Part shown: one piece after another, positions 7,539 through 16,185 of the stretch
How positions within the stretch are numbered: the stretch's first letter is position 1
How the letters are laid out: each line of letters opens with the position of its first letter
DNA from: Lentisphaeria bacterium
GTDB lineage: Bacteria; Verrucomicrobiota; Lentisphaeria; JABSQK01; JAWLHB01
DNA length: 20,605 nucleotides
Assembly: GCA_041690595.1 (NCBI GenBank)
Contig: JAWLHB010000006.1
Span: 248,001-268,605, forward strand
Direction of reading: 5' to 3'
The notes under the pieces: generated by a model
The model's input: only the letters and a program-made list of their open reading frames with translations
Told to the model about the DNA's origin: nothing
Databases searched by the model: none
Position numbers and translations under genes: made by a program

Positions 7539-9220
7539 CAGCTTACGTCGAGATCCAGCGGCGCATCTTCCGGTTCCTCGACCGGAAGCTCCAGCGGTTT
7601 ATCGAAGGAGGGAATCTGGACTTCAACCAGCGCTTTGCGGACCGTTTCGCCGCTGTTCAGATCCGTGTAGGCAGCGCGGATGATTCTGGTGATCCTGGCT
7701 CCCGGCAGAGCCTCTTCGTCTGAAACCTTTCCGGATACCTCATGACGCCGGGGATCGAAAAGCGTCTTGCGGGGGATGATTTCCTGCCGGGCCATCTCCA
7801 TCTCGCCGGCCAGATGGTCCACCAGTTCCAAATGGCTCTCCAGCTTCCGGGCTCGCAACTGAACTTCGAGACGGTCGAGGAAACCCTCGACGGCCGTTTG
7901 ATGCAGGAAACGGTTGTACTGCCCGATCAACTCGTCGCTCCAGGCTTCGGCAAGCGCCCGCACGGGATCGCTTCGACGCAGCTCGGCATATCGGGCATTG
8001 GCATTCGCCTGGCAGAGCGAATGCAGCGCAGTCATCCGCTGCAGCAACCAGTTACCGTAGTCGCGCAGCAAGGTGATGACCTCGGGGTCAATTGCATCGC
8101 CGGAGCGGGGCAGCTTGCCGGAACCCGCCAGATTGCTGACGGCAATCTTGATGCGGAAGACGAGCTGCTGACAATGCGCCACTTCGGGAGGAACGGGAAG
8201 ATTTCCGGAGGCCGTGGCAGTCACTTCACGACCGTCGACAAAGGTGCCGGTTCTGGCGGATGACTTTGGCTTCTGAGCCACAGCCGTGGGCTCGATCCGT
8301 ACTCTGCACTTGCGCACCAGATGCTGGCGACGTGCATCGACGTACCCTGCCTGCTCGACGGCCAAGATGGTGGCTTCATCCGGAGCGGGTGTGCCATCCG
8401 CGATCTCATGCTTCTCGGGATCGAAGCTGGTGATACCCGGATCAACCGGAATCATATCGAGCGCCACGACCATCGCCAGGTAATCCAGCAACGCCTCGCG
8501 AACCGCCGGCTGGTGGTCTCGGCTTGCCTGCTCCAGCGGATCGAGCATGTCAGCAACATAGCGGCTTCCACAGTACGATTCGTATTCTTCCAGCGTCGCC
8601 GCATCCCAAAGCCCTGCTTCGCGCGCCGCCCCATGCATGAGCACGAACTCCTCGAGATAGCCGCTGGCGACCTGGCCGATCGCCTCCACCAGCTTCTGCT
8701 CAAGCGGTATGTCCGCCGGCGGAAGTGTACGCTCATCCGTCAGATGCTGAATGGCGTCGCGCAGATCGCGCATCCAGCCCTTGATGGCATTGACGGCTGC
8801 CGGCACCGGAGAGGGCGATTCCTTCGCCTGCAGGGAAAGCGGTTCCTTCCGACGTGTGGGCGAGATCTCATCCCGCGAGGCCGGTGTAAGTTCGGGGACC
8901 GCGACAGTGGCTGTGGCGGCAACCTCTTCCAGACGCAAGGTCACGTCGTTCAGGCGGGTACTCAGGGCCTCCAGATCATCCAGGTAGCGGTGACGAAGTT
9001 CGTCGATCTGGCAGCGCAACTGACGCAGCTCGTCGACAGCCAGCCGCAGGGGAGCGTGCAAATCCGGCGGCGGGGACGCGATCGCGGCAACGGAAGCTTC
9101 AGTTACCGGCGCCTTGAGCTTGAAGCCCGGCTTCTTCGGCGGCGGATCCGGCTCGCGAAGGGGCGGAATATCATGTGACGATTCCTCGGGCGAGACGTCG
9201 CTCATGCGCAGGCGTTTCAT
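7538..9220 (-). CDS. Hypothetical protein with N-terminal coiled coil and two tandem GrpE-like domains
   Basis: 560 aa, RBS GAGG. Two copies of a GrpE-head-like pattern: FDPEKHEI...ILAVEQAGY...LVRKCRVRI and FDPRRHEV...ITRIIRAAY...TVRKALVEV. Heptad-like helix at aa ~58-100. Confidence 0.7.
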   Translation of the reverse strand: MKRLRMSDVSPEESSHDIPPLREPDPPPKKPGFKLKAPVTEASVAAIASPPPDLHAPLRLAVDELRQLRCQIDELRHRYLDDLEALSTRLNDVTLRLEEVAATATVAVPELTPASRDEISPTRRKEPLSLQAKESPSPVPAAVNAIKGWMRDLRDAIQHLTDERTLPPADIPLEQKLVEAIGQVASGYLEEFVLMHGAAREAGLWDAATLEEYESYCGSRYVADMLDPLEQASRDHQPAVREALLDYLAMVVALDMIPVDPGITSFDPEKHEIADGTPAPDEATILAVEQAGYVDARRQHLVRKCRVRIEPTAVAQKPKSSARTGTFVDGREVTATASGNLPVPPEVAHCQQLVFRIKIAVSNLAGSGKLPRSGDAIDPEVITLLRDYGNWLLQRMTALHSLCQANANARYAELRRSDPVRALAEAWSDELIGQYNRFLHQTAVEGFLDRLEVQLRARKLESHLELVDHLAGEMEMARQEIIPRKTLFDPRRHEVSGKVSDEEALPGARITRIIRAAYTDLNSGETVRKALVEVQIPSFDKPLELPVEEPEDAPLDLDVS

Positions 9221-9268
9221 GGCTGATAACCTCTTCTTTCCACCAGAACATGTAAAAGGAATACGGGA

Positions 9269-9297
9269 AGAGTAGCCTGTTCACCGACCCGCGTCAA
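9269..9297 (-). promoter_or_regulatory. Putative sigma-70-type promoter for the tandem GrpE-like gene
   Basis: Minus strand TTGACG-17 bp-TACTCT. The -35 box overlaps the GH38 stop codon. Confidence 0.5.
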
Positions 9298-11630
9298 GTC
9301 ACCTGAAAAAGGCGAAGGGTGCGGATCTGAAAGGGTTGAAACTGCAGTTCCACCGAAGCCGCCAGCGCGCGGGCTTCACCCCGCGCCTGCCCGAGCCCAT
9401 CGGCTTCTGCCATCGCCCCATAGGTGGAGGGGATTTCAAGCCTCGCCGTCGACGCGACGCCAACGGATTCGTAGAGCCGCACGATGACATCCTCGCCGAT
9501 CCGACGCAGGGCGACCAGGATGACGCCGGGATCGCCGCTGAGCCGCCAAGACGCGACCGCGCCAACCGGGGCAGGCACCAGTGGTCGGTTGAAGGCCAGC
9601 CCTTGTCGCACGACGTCACTCAAGGCGTCGGCGGCATGCGGCATCACCGCGTAGTCGAAGACGTGCGGAATCCCTTCGCCGAAGGAGGCGGCGCTGGGCG
9701 CCTTGTACTCCATCGCCGCCGACCGAAAGAGTGTCAGCAGCAGCGTCCCCTTGTCGACACTGGCACCGGGCATGCCCCGGTTAAGCAGGGTGACGCCTTC
9801 GGCCTCGCCAACGCGTGCAACCCAGTGCTGGGCACAGTGCTCGCCGTCGCCGCGTTCCTGGATGCCGAACGGAATCTCATGCAGGCTCCTTCCCGCCTGC
9901 AGCGTGGTGGGAAAGGCAGCTCGCAGCCGATAGTGTCGTCCTGCGGGGGTGAAGGTCGTGCGGTAGTGGATATGCGGTGATCCAGCGTCGAGGCGAATTG
10001 TCGTCTCGAATTCCACCTGTAATTGCCAGAAGGACAGCGATCCTCGCTGGCGGACTTCAAGCGCGTCATCCCCCCGCCGCCAGGCGGAGATCTCCCTTAC
10101 GGAGGCCGGCATGGTTCCGCGATTGACAATGCTGTCCGGCGTGGCGCGATCGAAGGGATCGGCATGGTTCTGCGTCAGCGAGCTGGCCAGCGAGCCGCCA
10201 TTGAGCGGTGCTTCGAAGTTGAGCCACAGATCGCCATAGTCGAGTTGCATCCCCAAGGCGCCGAAGGGTGACCGATGGTCGGCGTCAATCAACTCCCGCT
10301 CGCCATCCGTCAGGCGAAGGCTGGCAAGATAGCCGTCGGCGCCAATCCGCGCCCGGTACCAGCGGTTGGAGAAGTCCGCTGGAAGCTGAACGGGCTCCGC
10401 CGGCGGCAAGGGCGTCACCTCCCTGACGACAGAGAAACCGTCGACCGTCACGATCGCCGGGCCACTCTCCAGCTCCACCCGCTCCGTGCGAGCAAAGGAA
10501 AGAGGATTGTACCAGCCGTCTCCACCGCCCAGCATCCGCGCCGCTGTCGTCAGTAGCGCTTCCGCCTCGTCATAGTCGCGCAGCGCATCAGCCAGCGCCT
10601 CATCGCAGATGGTCCCGCAGATAATGTCGTGGAACTGCTGTTTGAGCAGCAGGCGCCAGATAGTTTCGAAATCGGCCGCCTCTCCGGCACTCACCGCCGC
10701 CAGAGTCTCTAGCGCCAGAAGCCGCTGCACCAGTTGACGATTGCGCTGCTTGATGCGGATGTTGCTGGTGAAGGTGCCCTGCAGCGCGCTGTTGAACTCT
10801 CCTTCGACGAGCGGCATGGCTGACCAGTCGACCCGCTCGAAGCATGCATCAGGGCTGACGAACTGGAGTCGCGGCTCGGCGCCGGACGCATTGAGTTGGC
10901 GCACACAGCGCACCGCTATTTCCTGGGGCATGACGAAGTCGCCGCCATTGCAGATCAGCATGTGCCCGCCGCCGCCATAGCCGCGTAAGGTGTCGCACAG
11001 CGCCTCGATTTCGCGTCGGCCGGCATTGGCAAACTCCTGGTCGAGGACGTTCGCCGCATCCGCGGTTGCGCCAAAGTGCAGGTTGGTATAGCCGCGCGCA
11101 AGCCAGTGTGTCGGCAGTTGCGTGCCGTCCAGCCCCTGCCAACGGAAGAAGCGCTGCATAAGCTCGGGCCGCATGCAGCGCCAGAAGACATACGTGCCAT
11201 ACCCACAGGCGCTCAGGATCTGGGGAAGCTGCGCATGGTGCCCCCAGCAATCGGCAATCCAGCAGACGGATGGTTGAATCCCCAGATGCTCCTTCAGCCA
11301 ACGGAAGCCCAGCTCTGCCTGCCGGAAGAGGCTCTCTCCATCACAATGATTGAGATCCGGCATCACGTACATGCCCGGGCCGACACTCAGGCGACCTTCC
11401 GTCGCCAAGGCCTTCATGGCCTCCCGGCGCTCGGGCCGCGCCTTCCAATAGGCCTCCAGGAGGATGACCTGCTCCACCAGGAAATGGTAGTCGGGGCAAC
11501 GCTCCAGCAGTTCCAGCGCGGCGTCCAGTATCGCGAAGGAACGCGGCATGTAAGCGGCGTGCGTCTTCAGATAGGCGACGTCGTAATGAAAGCTGGGAAC
11601 AATGGTGATGGGCGCGGCGTGGTCGGTCAT
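9294..11630 (-). CDS. Glycoside hydrolase family 38 (alpha-mannosidase-like)
   Basis: SFHYDVAY (HxD zinc motif), DGESLFRQ, WIADCWGH (nucleophile Asp), WQGLDGT, GEFN...GTFTS, QFHDIICGT, EIPFG, LLLTLFRS and PFQIRTL. Confidence 0.9.
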   Translation of the reverse strand: MTDHAAPITIVPSFHYDVAYLKTHAAYMPRSFAILDAALELLERCPDYHFLVEQVILLEAYWKARPERREAMKALATEGRLSVGPGMYVMPDLNHCDGESLFRQAELGFRWLKEHLGIQPSVCWIADCWGHHAQLPQILSACGYGTYVFWRCMRPELMQRFFRWQGLDGTQLPTHWLARGYTNLHFGATADAANVLDQEFANAGRREIEALCDTLRGYGGGGHMLICNGGDFVMPQEIAVRCVRQLNASGAEPRLQFVSPDACFERVDWSAMPLVEGEFNSALQGTFTSNIRIKQRNRQLVQRLLALETLAAVSAGEAADFETIWRLLLKQQFHDIICGTICDEALADALRDYDEAEALLTTAARMLGGGDGWYNPLSFARTERVELESGPAIVTVDGFSVVREVTPLPPAEPVQLPADFSNRWYRARIGADGYLASLRLTDGERELIDADHRSPFGALGMQLDYGDLWLNFEAPLNGGSLASSLTQNHADPFDRATPDSIVNRGTMPASVREISAWRRGDDALEVRQRGSLSFWQLQVEFETTIRLDAGSPHIHYRTTFTPAGRHYRLRAAFPTTLQAGRSLHEIPFGIQERGDGEHCAQHWVARVGEAEGVTLLNRGMPGASVDKGTLLLTLFRSAAMEYKAPSAASFGEGIPHVFDYAVMPHAADALSDVVRQGLAFNRPLVPAPVGAVASWRLSGDPGVILVALRRIGEDVIVRLYESVGVASTARLEIPSTYGAMAEADGLGQARGEARALAASVELQFQPFQIRTLRLFQVT

Positions 11631-11657
11631 GGGACAGCTCCGGCTGCACGAATGAGG

Positions 11658-11693
11658 AAACGCCCCGCCGGATCATGCAGACCCGACGGGGCG
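11658..11693 (-). terminator. Stem-loop between the isomerase-like gene and GH38 (terminator or mRNA stabiliser)
   Basis: Minus strand CGCCCCGTCGGGTC-tgcat-GATCCGGCGGGGCG-TTT, a 14 bp stem with two G-U pairs. Confidence 0.65.
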
Positions 11694-11718
11694 ATTGGAG
11701 GCTCTCTGGTCGCGACGC

Positions 11719-12720
11719 TTACTGGTTCTTCTTGTCGAACTGAGCGTCGAAGGCGACGTTGCTGCGCTTGAAGTCACAGCGCTTGACGAAGGCTGCTGCT
11801 TCCGTGGCGCCGTGCTCGCGGTCCATGCGGCTGTCTTCCCACTCGACGGAGAGGGGGCCCTGATAGCCGATGTCGTTGAGCGCCACGATAATCTCCTCGA
11901 AGTTGATATCGCCATGGCCCAGCGACCGGAAGTCCCAGAAGCGGCGAGCGTCGGCAAAGTCCGTATGACCGCCAAAGACCCCGACGGTGCCGTCTCCATG
12001 TCCCCACCAGACATCCTTCATGTGGACGTGGAAGATGCGGTCCGGGAAGGTGCGGATGAACTTGACGTAGTCGACGCCCTGATAGCCGAAGTGGCTGGGA
12101 TCGTAGTTGAAGCCAAAGGCGGGATGATTGTCCACCGCCGCCAGAGCGCGCTGGGCGCTGGCGATGTCGAAGGCGATCTCGGTGGGATGCACTTCGAGCG
12201 CGAACTTCACGCCGAGCTTCTGGAACTCGTCCAGGATCGGCGTCCACCGCCGGGAGAAATCCTCATAGCCGGCGTCGATCATGCCGGACGAGACTGGCGG
12301 GAAGCTGTAAAGGAGGTGCCAGATGGAGCTGCCGGTGAAGCCGCAGACCACATCGACACCAAAGCGCTTGGCAGCCTTTGCGGTCGCGATGACCTCTTTG
12401 GCCGCGCGCTGGCGCACGCCTTCGGGATCGCCGTCGCCCCACACATAGGGGGGCAGGATGCCCTGATGCCGCTCGTCGATCCGGTCGCATACGGCCTGGC
12501 CAACGAGGTGCGTCGAGATCGCGAAGCTCTTCATGCCATGCTTGGAGAGGCACTTGGCCTTCGCGTCACAGTATGCCTGATCCGCCTTGTCGACCTCGAA
12601 ATGGTCGCCCCAGCAGGCCAGCTCGAGGCCATCGTAGCCGAAGGCTTTCGCCTTCTTGCAGATTTCTTCACAGGGTAGATCGGCCCATTGGCCGGTAAAC
12701 AAGGTTACGGGTCGCGCCAT
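11719..12720 (-). CDS. Sugar phosphate isomerase/epimerase (xylose-isomerase-like TIM barrel, AP_endonuc_2 family)
   Basis: [44 protein letters not shown] and GPLSVEWED. Start moved to ATG 12720, preceded by AAGGAG. Confidence 0.9.
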   Translation of the reverse strand: MARPVTLFTGQWADLPCEEICKKAKAFGYDGLELACWGDHFEVDKADQAYCDAKAKCLSKHGMKSFAISTHLVGQAVCDRIDERHQGILPPYVWGDGDPEGVRQRAAKEVIATAKAAKRFGVDVVCGFTGSSIWHLLYSFPPVSSGMIDAGYEDFSRRWTPILDEFQKLGVKFALEVHPTEIAFDIASAQRALAAVDNHPAFGFNYDPSHFGYQGVDYVKFIRTFPDRIFHVHMKDVWWGHGDGTVGVFGGHTDFADARRFWDFRSLGHGDINFEEIIVALNDIGYQGPLSVEWEDSRMDREHGATEAAAFVKRCDFKRSNVAFDAQFDKKNQ

Positions 12721-12900
12721 GCTGATACTCCTTGGCTGATTGTTCACTCCTCGAGGCGTCTATCCCGATACTTGAGCGATGCACACTACCCTTGTCAAAC
12801 CATGCTTCGACAATCCATGCCAGAGTGTCATTCGTGGTTGCCGGGGTTGTTGCACTATCTTATCGTCGGGATACATCATCACGACCTGAAAGGAGCGAGT

Positions 12901-13182
12901 ATGACTGTTCTGAATCTGTTGGTCTTGTTGCTCATTGCCGGCATCGTCGGCTCCATCGGCAGAGCGATTGCCGGCTACACACATGGTGGCTGCCTGGTAT
13001 CGGTGGCGGTCGGCTTCGTCGGCGCGTTGCTTGGCTCGTGGCTGGCGGGACTTGCCAACTTGCCGGAGATGATACCACTGCGGATCGGCGATACCACCTT
13101 CCCCCTGATCTGGGCCATCATCGGCTCCGCTCTCTTCGTGGCCATCATCAGCCTCATTTCCGGGCGACGCCGCGCGCCTTAG
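12901..13182 (+). CDS. GlsB/YeaQ/YmgE family (transglycosylase-associated) stress membrane protein
   Basis: 93 aa with three hydrophobic segments, VGFVGALLGSWL and WAIIGSALFV. RBS AAGGAG before ATG 12901. Confidence 0.85.
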   Translation: MTVLNLLVLLLIAGIVGSIGRAIAGYTHGGCLVSVAVGFVGALLGSWLAGLANLPEMIPLRIGDTTFPLIWAIIGSALFVAIISLISGRRRAP

Positions 13183-13225
13183 CAGCCCTGCGCGCCGCTG
13201 TCGACGCACAGGACCGCCTTGATCG

Positions 13226-14392
13226 TCAGCAGCTTGGAATCTTCACCCAGCTTGCCCCCTTTCGGGCCGATTCCACGCAAGCCTCGATGAAGGCAACGCC
13301 GCGTACGCCATCCTCGATGCCCGGGAAGTCCAACGCCAGAGGATCGACCTCCACGCCGTCAAGGCGCGCGTTCAAGCTTTCGGCGAAGTTGACGTATAGA
13401 TTCCCAAAGGCTTCCAGGAAGGCTTCGGGATGCCCAAAGGGTATCCGTGTGGCCCGACCCGCCGCCGTCGACTTGGCGCCGACATAGTCGTTGCCGCGCT
13501 TCCATACCTGCGTCGGACCACCGCCCGGATTGACGTACAGATAGTTCGGGTGCTCCTGCTGCCATTCCAGGCCGGCTTTCGTCCCGTACACATAGATGGC
13601 CAGGCCGTTCTCCTCGCCCAGGGAGATCTGGCTGGCATAGAGCAGCCCTTTCACGCCGTTCTCCCAATGGACCAGAACATTGCCATCGTCATCCAGACGC
13701 CGACCGCTCACGAAGGTGTTGAGGTCGGCGCACAGCTCGACGATCTTGAGGCCGGTGATGTACTCGGCCAGATTCTCGGCGTGGGTGCCGATATCGCCCA
13801 TGCAGGAGGAGGCGCCTGCCTGCGCCGGATCGGTCCGCCAGCCTGCCTGCTTACTGTCGGCGTCGATCGCCGCCGAGAGCCATCCTTGCGGGTACTTCAC
13901 GACGATCTTGCGAATCTCGCCCAGATCTCCGCCTTTGATCATGTCCCGTGCCAGCTTGACCATCGGGTAGCCGGTATAGTTGTGGGTCAGGCCGAAGAGC
14001 ACACCGGAGTCCTGGACCGCGGCGCGAAAGGCCTTCGCTGTCTTCAGATCCGTCGTCAGCGGCTTGTCGCACATGACGTGGATGCCGGCTTCCATGAAAG
14101 CCTTGGCTATCGGGAAGTGGGAGCTGTTGGGCGTGCAGACGCAGACGAAGTCAATGCGCTCTTCCTTCGGCAGCGCCAACTCGCCGGCGATGTAGGCATC
14201 GACGTCGGCGTAGACGCGGCGGGGATCGAGAAACTGGGCCTCGCCCGTTGCCCGCGACTTTGCCTCCGTTCGGCTGAACATCCCGGACACCAGCTCGATC
14301 TTGCCATCCATCCGTGCCGCTTTGCGATGTACCTCTCCGATGAACGCGTCGGGACCACCCCCGACCATACCCATGCGTAGTTTTCTGGCCAT
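13226..14392 (-). CDS. Gfo/Idh/MocA family NAD(P)-dependent oxidoreductase
   Basis: LRMGMVGGGPDAFIG, VCTPNSSH, HVMCDKPL, NYTGYPMV, WRTDP and GDIGTH. Start ATG 14392 after GGGAGAAGG. Confidence 0.93.
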   Translation of the reverse strand: MARKLRMGMVGGGPDAFIGEVHRKAARMDGKIELVSGMFSRTEAKSRATGEAQFLDPRRVYADVDAYIAGELALPKEERIDFVCVCTPNSSHFPIAKAFMEAGIHVMCDKPLTTDLKTAKAFRAAVQDSGVLFGLTHNYTGYPMVKLARDMIKGGDLGEIRKIVVKYPQGWLSAAIDADSKQAGWRTDPAQAGASSCMGDIGTHAENLAEYITGLKIVELCADLNTFVSGRRLDDDGNVLVHWENGVKGLLYASQISLGEENGLAIYVYGTKAGLEWQQEHPNYLYVNPGGGPTQVWKRGNDYVGAKSTAAGRATRIPFGHPEAFLEAFGNLYVNFAESLNARLDGVEVDPLALDFPGIEDGVRGVAFIEACVESARKGASWVKIPSC

Positions 14393-14470
14393 TTCCTTCT
14401 CCCTTGTTAGCATCTGGAGCTCGCTGCCCGACAGTGGCGGCGCGCCTGCCTGTACCGTTCAAATATACCT

Positions 14471-14519
14471 AAGGTACGATAGGGCAAAACCAATGCAAGA
14501 GCATCATTCCCGAAAGAGC
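14471..14519. repeat. Copy A of imperfect direct repeat flanking the AT-rich islet; contains a promoter-like motif for the oxidoreductase
   Basis: AAGGTACGATagggcaaaacCAATGCAAGAGCATCATtCCcGAAAGAGC, 43/49 identical by hand alignment to 17256-17303. Minus strand gives TTGCAT-N16-TACCTT. Confidence 0.85.
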
Positions 14520-14567
14520 CCGCACTTACCTTCGGATGGCCTTCCCCCCGCCATTCAAGCCCAAGGC

Positions 14568-14598
14568 TTAACCGCAAAGAACGCAGAGAGCGCAAAGG
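14568..14598. repeat. Short degenerate 9-mer tandem repeat (CGCAAAGAA CGCAGAGAG CGCAAAG), interspersed-repeat-like
   Basis: TTAACCGCAAAGAACGCAGAGAGCGCAAAGG. It generates the shadow peptide LCALCVLCG on the minus strand. Confidence 0.55.
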
Positions 14599-14766
14599 TT
14601 CGCCGCTCGGGGAGGCGGGGAGGACGGAAATGTGGACCATAAAGATTGGGACTGCGCCGCTCGAAGTGCGGCTCCAGTTGGTGGGCAAGTCTTGGCTGCA
14701 CGCCCATAGAACGCCGCGAATCCGGGCGACCAGCCTTGCAGACGCCTCAGCCGATCCCGCTGAGGT

Positions 14767-15354
14767 TTAGTCATCGTCCTTCTCCCCGTCCTCTTTTACG
14801 CTGCCAGCCTTTTCCCCTTCATCCGGCTTAAACGCTTCAGGGGCAAACTCAAAGTCAAGACCTGTAGAGCCCTTGAATTCAGGTTCCTCATCCATTATAA
14901 GCTCATCGTTTACAAGTCTCCAACTGTTTGTTCGCCAGTCATGCTCCTCATGATTCATATGATCAACACGGTGAATAACATCAGATCCTTTAAGGCAAAA
15001 CATAACTGTATCAGGTCTGAATTTATTTACTGCTTTGGTGGAACTAAAATAGTCCAACATGATCAAGTAGGAACCACGTGTACCTCCCAAGACTGATAAT
15101 GATGTTAGATTCCCAGTAGTCCTGAGATTGGTAAACCACACTTTCGGTATGCTGACAGTAGAACCCTTAACCACGATCTCTATTTCCGACAAATTGCCAT
15201 TATTCAACCTGACTGTAACGCTTGAAGGAATGACAGCGTATGATCTGACTTCTCCCAAATCGATCGTCATGCTTTTTACGGAAAAAGGTGTGCCGTCAAA
15301 AGCAAACAAAGAATGAACAAAAACGATGGCGGCCAGAATGAATAAACGCTTCAT
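14767..15354 (-). CDS. Hypothetical secreted protein
   Basis: 195 aa in AT-rich DNA, Sec-type signal MKRLFILAAIVFVHSLFA, RBS GAGGG, acidic C-terminal tail. Confidence 0.75.
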   Translation of the reverse strand: MKRLFILAAIVFVHSLFAFDGTPFSVKSMTIDLGEVRSYAVIPSSVTVRLNNGNLSEIEIVVKGSTVSIPKVWFTNLRTTGNLTSLSVLGGTRGSYLIMLDYFSSTKAVNKFRPDTVMFCLKGSDVIHRVDHMNHEEHDWRTNSWRLVNDELIMDEEPEFKGSTGLDFEFAPEAFKPDEGEKAGSVKEDGEKDDD

Positions 15355-15555
15355 CGGACGGATCCCTCGAATTAAATATCAAGTGAAGTACAGATGCCAA
15401 ATATCTGCCACGTGTTTTGTGGATAGTGAAGGGTTGTTTGAATACAATTTCCTGAATAGTTAATGGTGTCGGCGTCGTCTTTTGATACATAAATATGTAA
15501 TCCACTCTCTATTCAATATCGAATACACAAGCCAATGGGGCTCTTTCTGCATTGC

Positions 15556-16065
15556 TTAATTTTGTTCATGTCTTTTTGACTGTTTGAGCAAGAAGTGATC
15601 CAAATATATAAAGAAGTCGTCATAGCTTCCTTCAGAAAGGAACTCCGACAATTCTGTTGCCCGTGCAGAATTCGCGCGCGACAAATCGCTGAATTGCGAA
15701 GCACAATCTGCGATCTTTTGAACGAAGTTTGGAGTCCTGACAGAACGCGCTCCATCCAGCTCTTGGTCATACAGAATCCACATTTCCGAGTATCCCAAAG
15801 ATTTCAATGTAACTGAAAGCAGCTGAAAGTCAGCGTCCGTGTCAAAAATAATTCTCGGCTGACTTGGCGTTTCATCATAAGACCAAGCGAATGCTCTCCT
15901 GTCAAAGCATGTAAAATACGTGTCCTCCGCCTTCATGTACTTGAAGTTCACAACGTCAAAGTAATACGAAGAATCCGTCTTTAGGTCGATCAAAAGAAAG
16001 GCTGAGAGAGTCACTATCATAAAAATTGTCGCTGAAACCATTGATACATTGGTTTTGATTCTCAT
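15556..16065 (-). CDS. Hypothetical membrane-anchored protein (possibly 3'-degraded)
   Basis: ATG 16065 after AAAGGG, N-terminal hydrophobic helix VSATIFMIVTLSAFLLI, AT-rich codons. Confidence 0.6.
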   Translation of the reverse strand: MRIKTNVSMVSATIFMIVTLSAFLLIDLKTDSSYYFDVVNFKYMKAEDTYFTCFDRRAFAWSYDETPSQPRIIFDTDADFQLLSVTLKSLGYSEMWILYDQELDGARSVRTPNFVQKIADCASQFSDLSRANSARATELSEFLSEGSYDDFFIYLDHFLLKQSKRHEQN

Positions 16066-16185
16066 GCCCTTTCTCACAGACTATAGTTCTTATTAATGAA
16101 GCATCTGGCCGAAGTGAATACGACCTTCTCCCAAAACCAAATGTCGATGACAATGTCCTAAAAGCGACATACTATTTATCATCCA

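Noticed and set aside
7538..9220. Calling this gene canonical grpE
   Set aside because: It is about three times the usual length, has a duplicated and divergent head, and lacks dnaK/dnaJ/hrcA context.
12838..12854. Sigma-54-like TTGCCGGGGTTGTTGCA upstream of the GlsB/YeaQ/YmgE gene
   Set aside because: It has GC instead of the near-invariant GG at -24. The nearby minus-strand TGGCATGGATTGTCG lacks the -12 GC.
12688..12900. Upstream extension of the GlsB/YeaQ/YmgE ORF from 12688
   Set aside because: It overlaps the start of the opposite-strand isomerase gene, and a strong RBS sits directly before ATG 12901.
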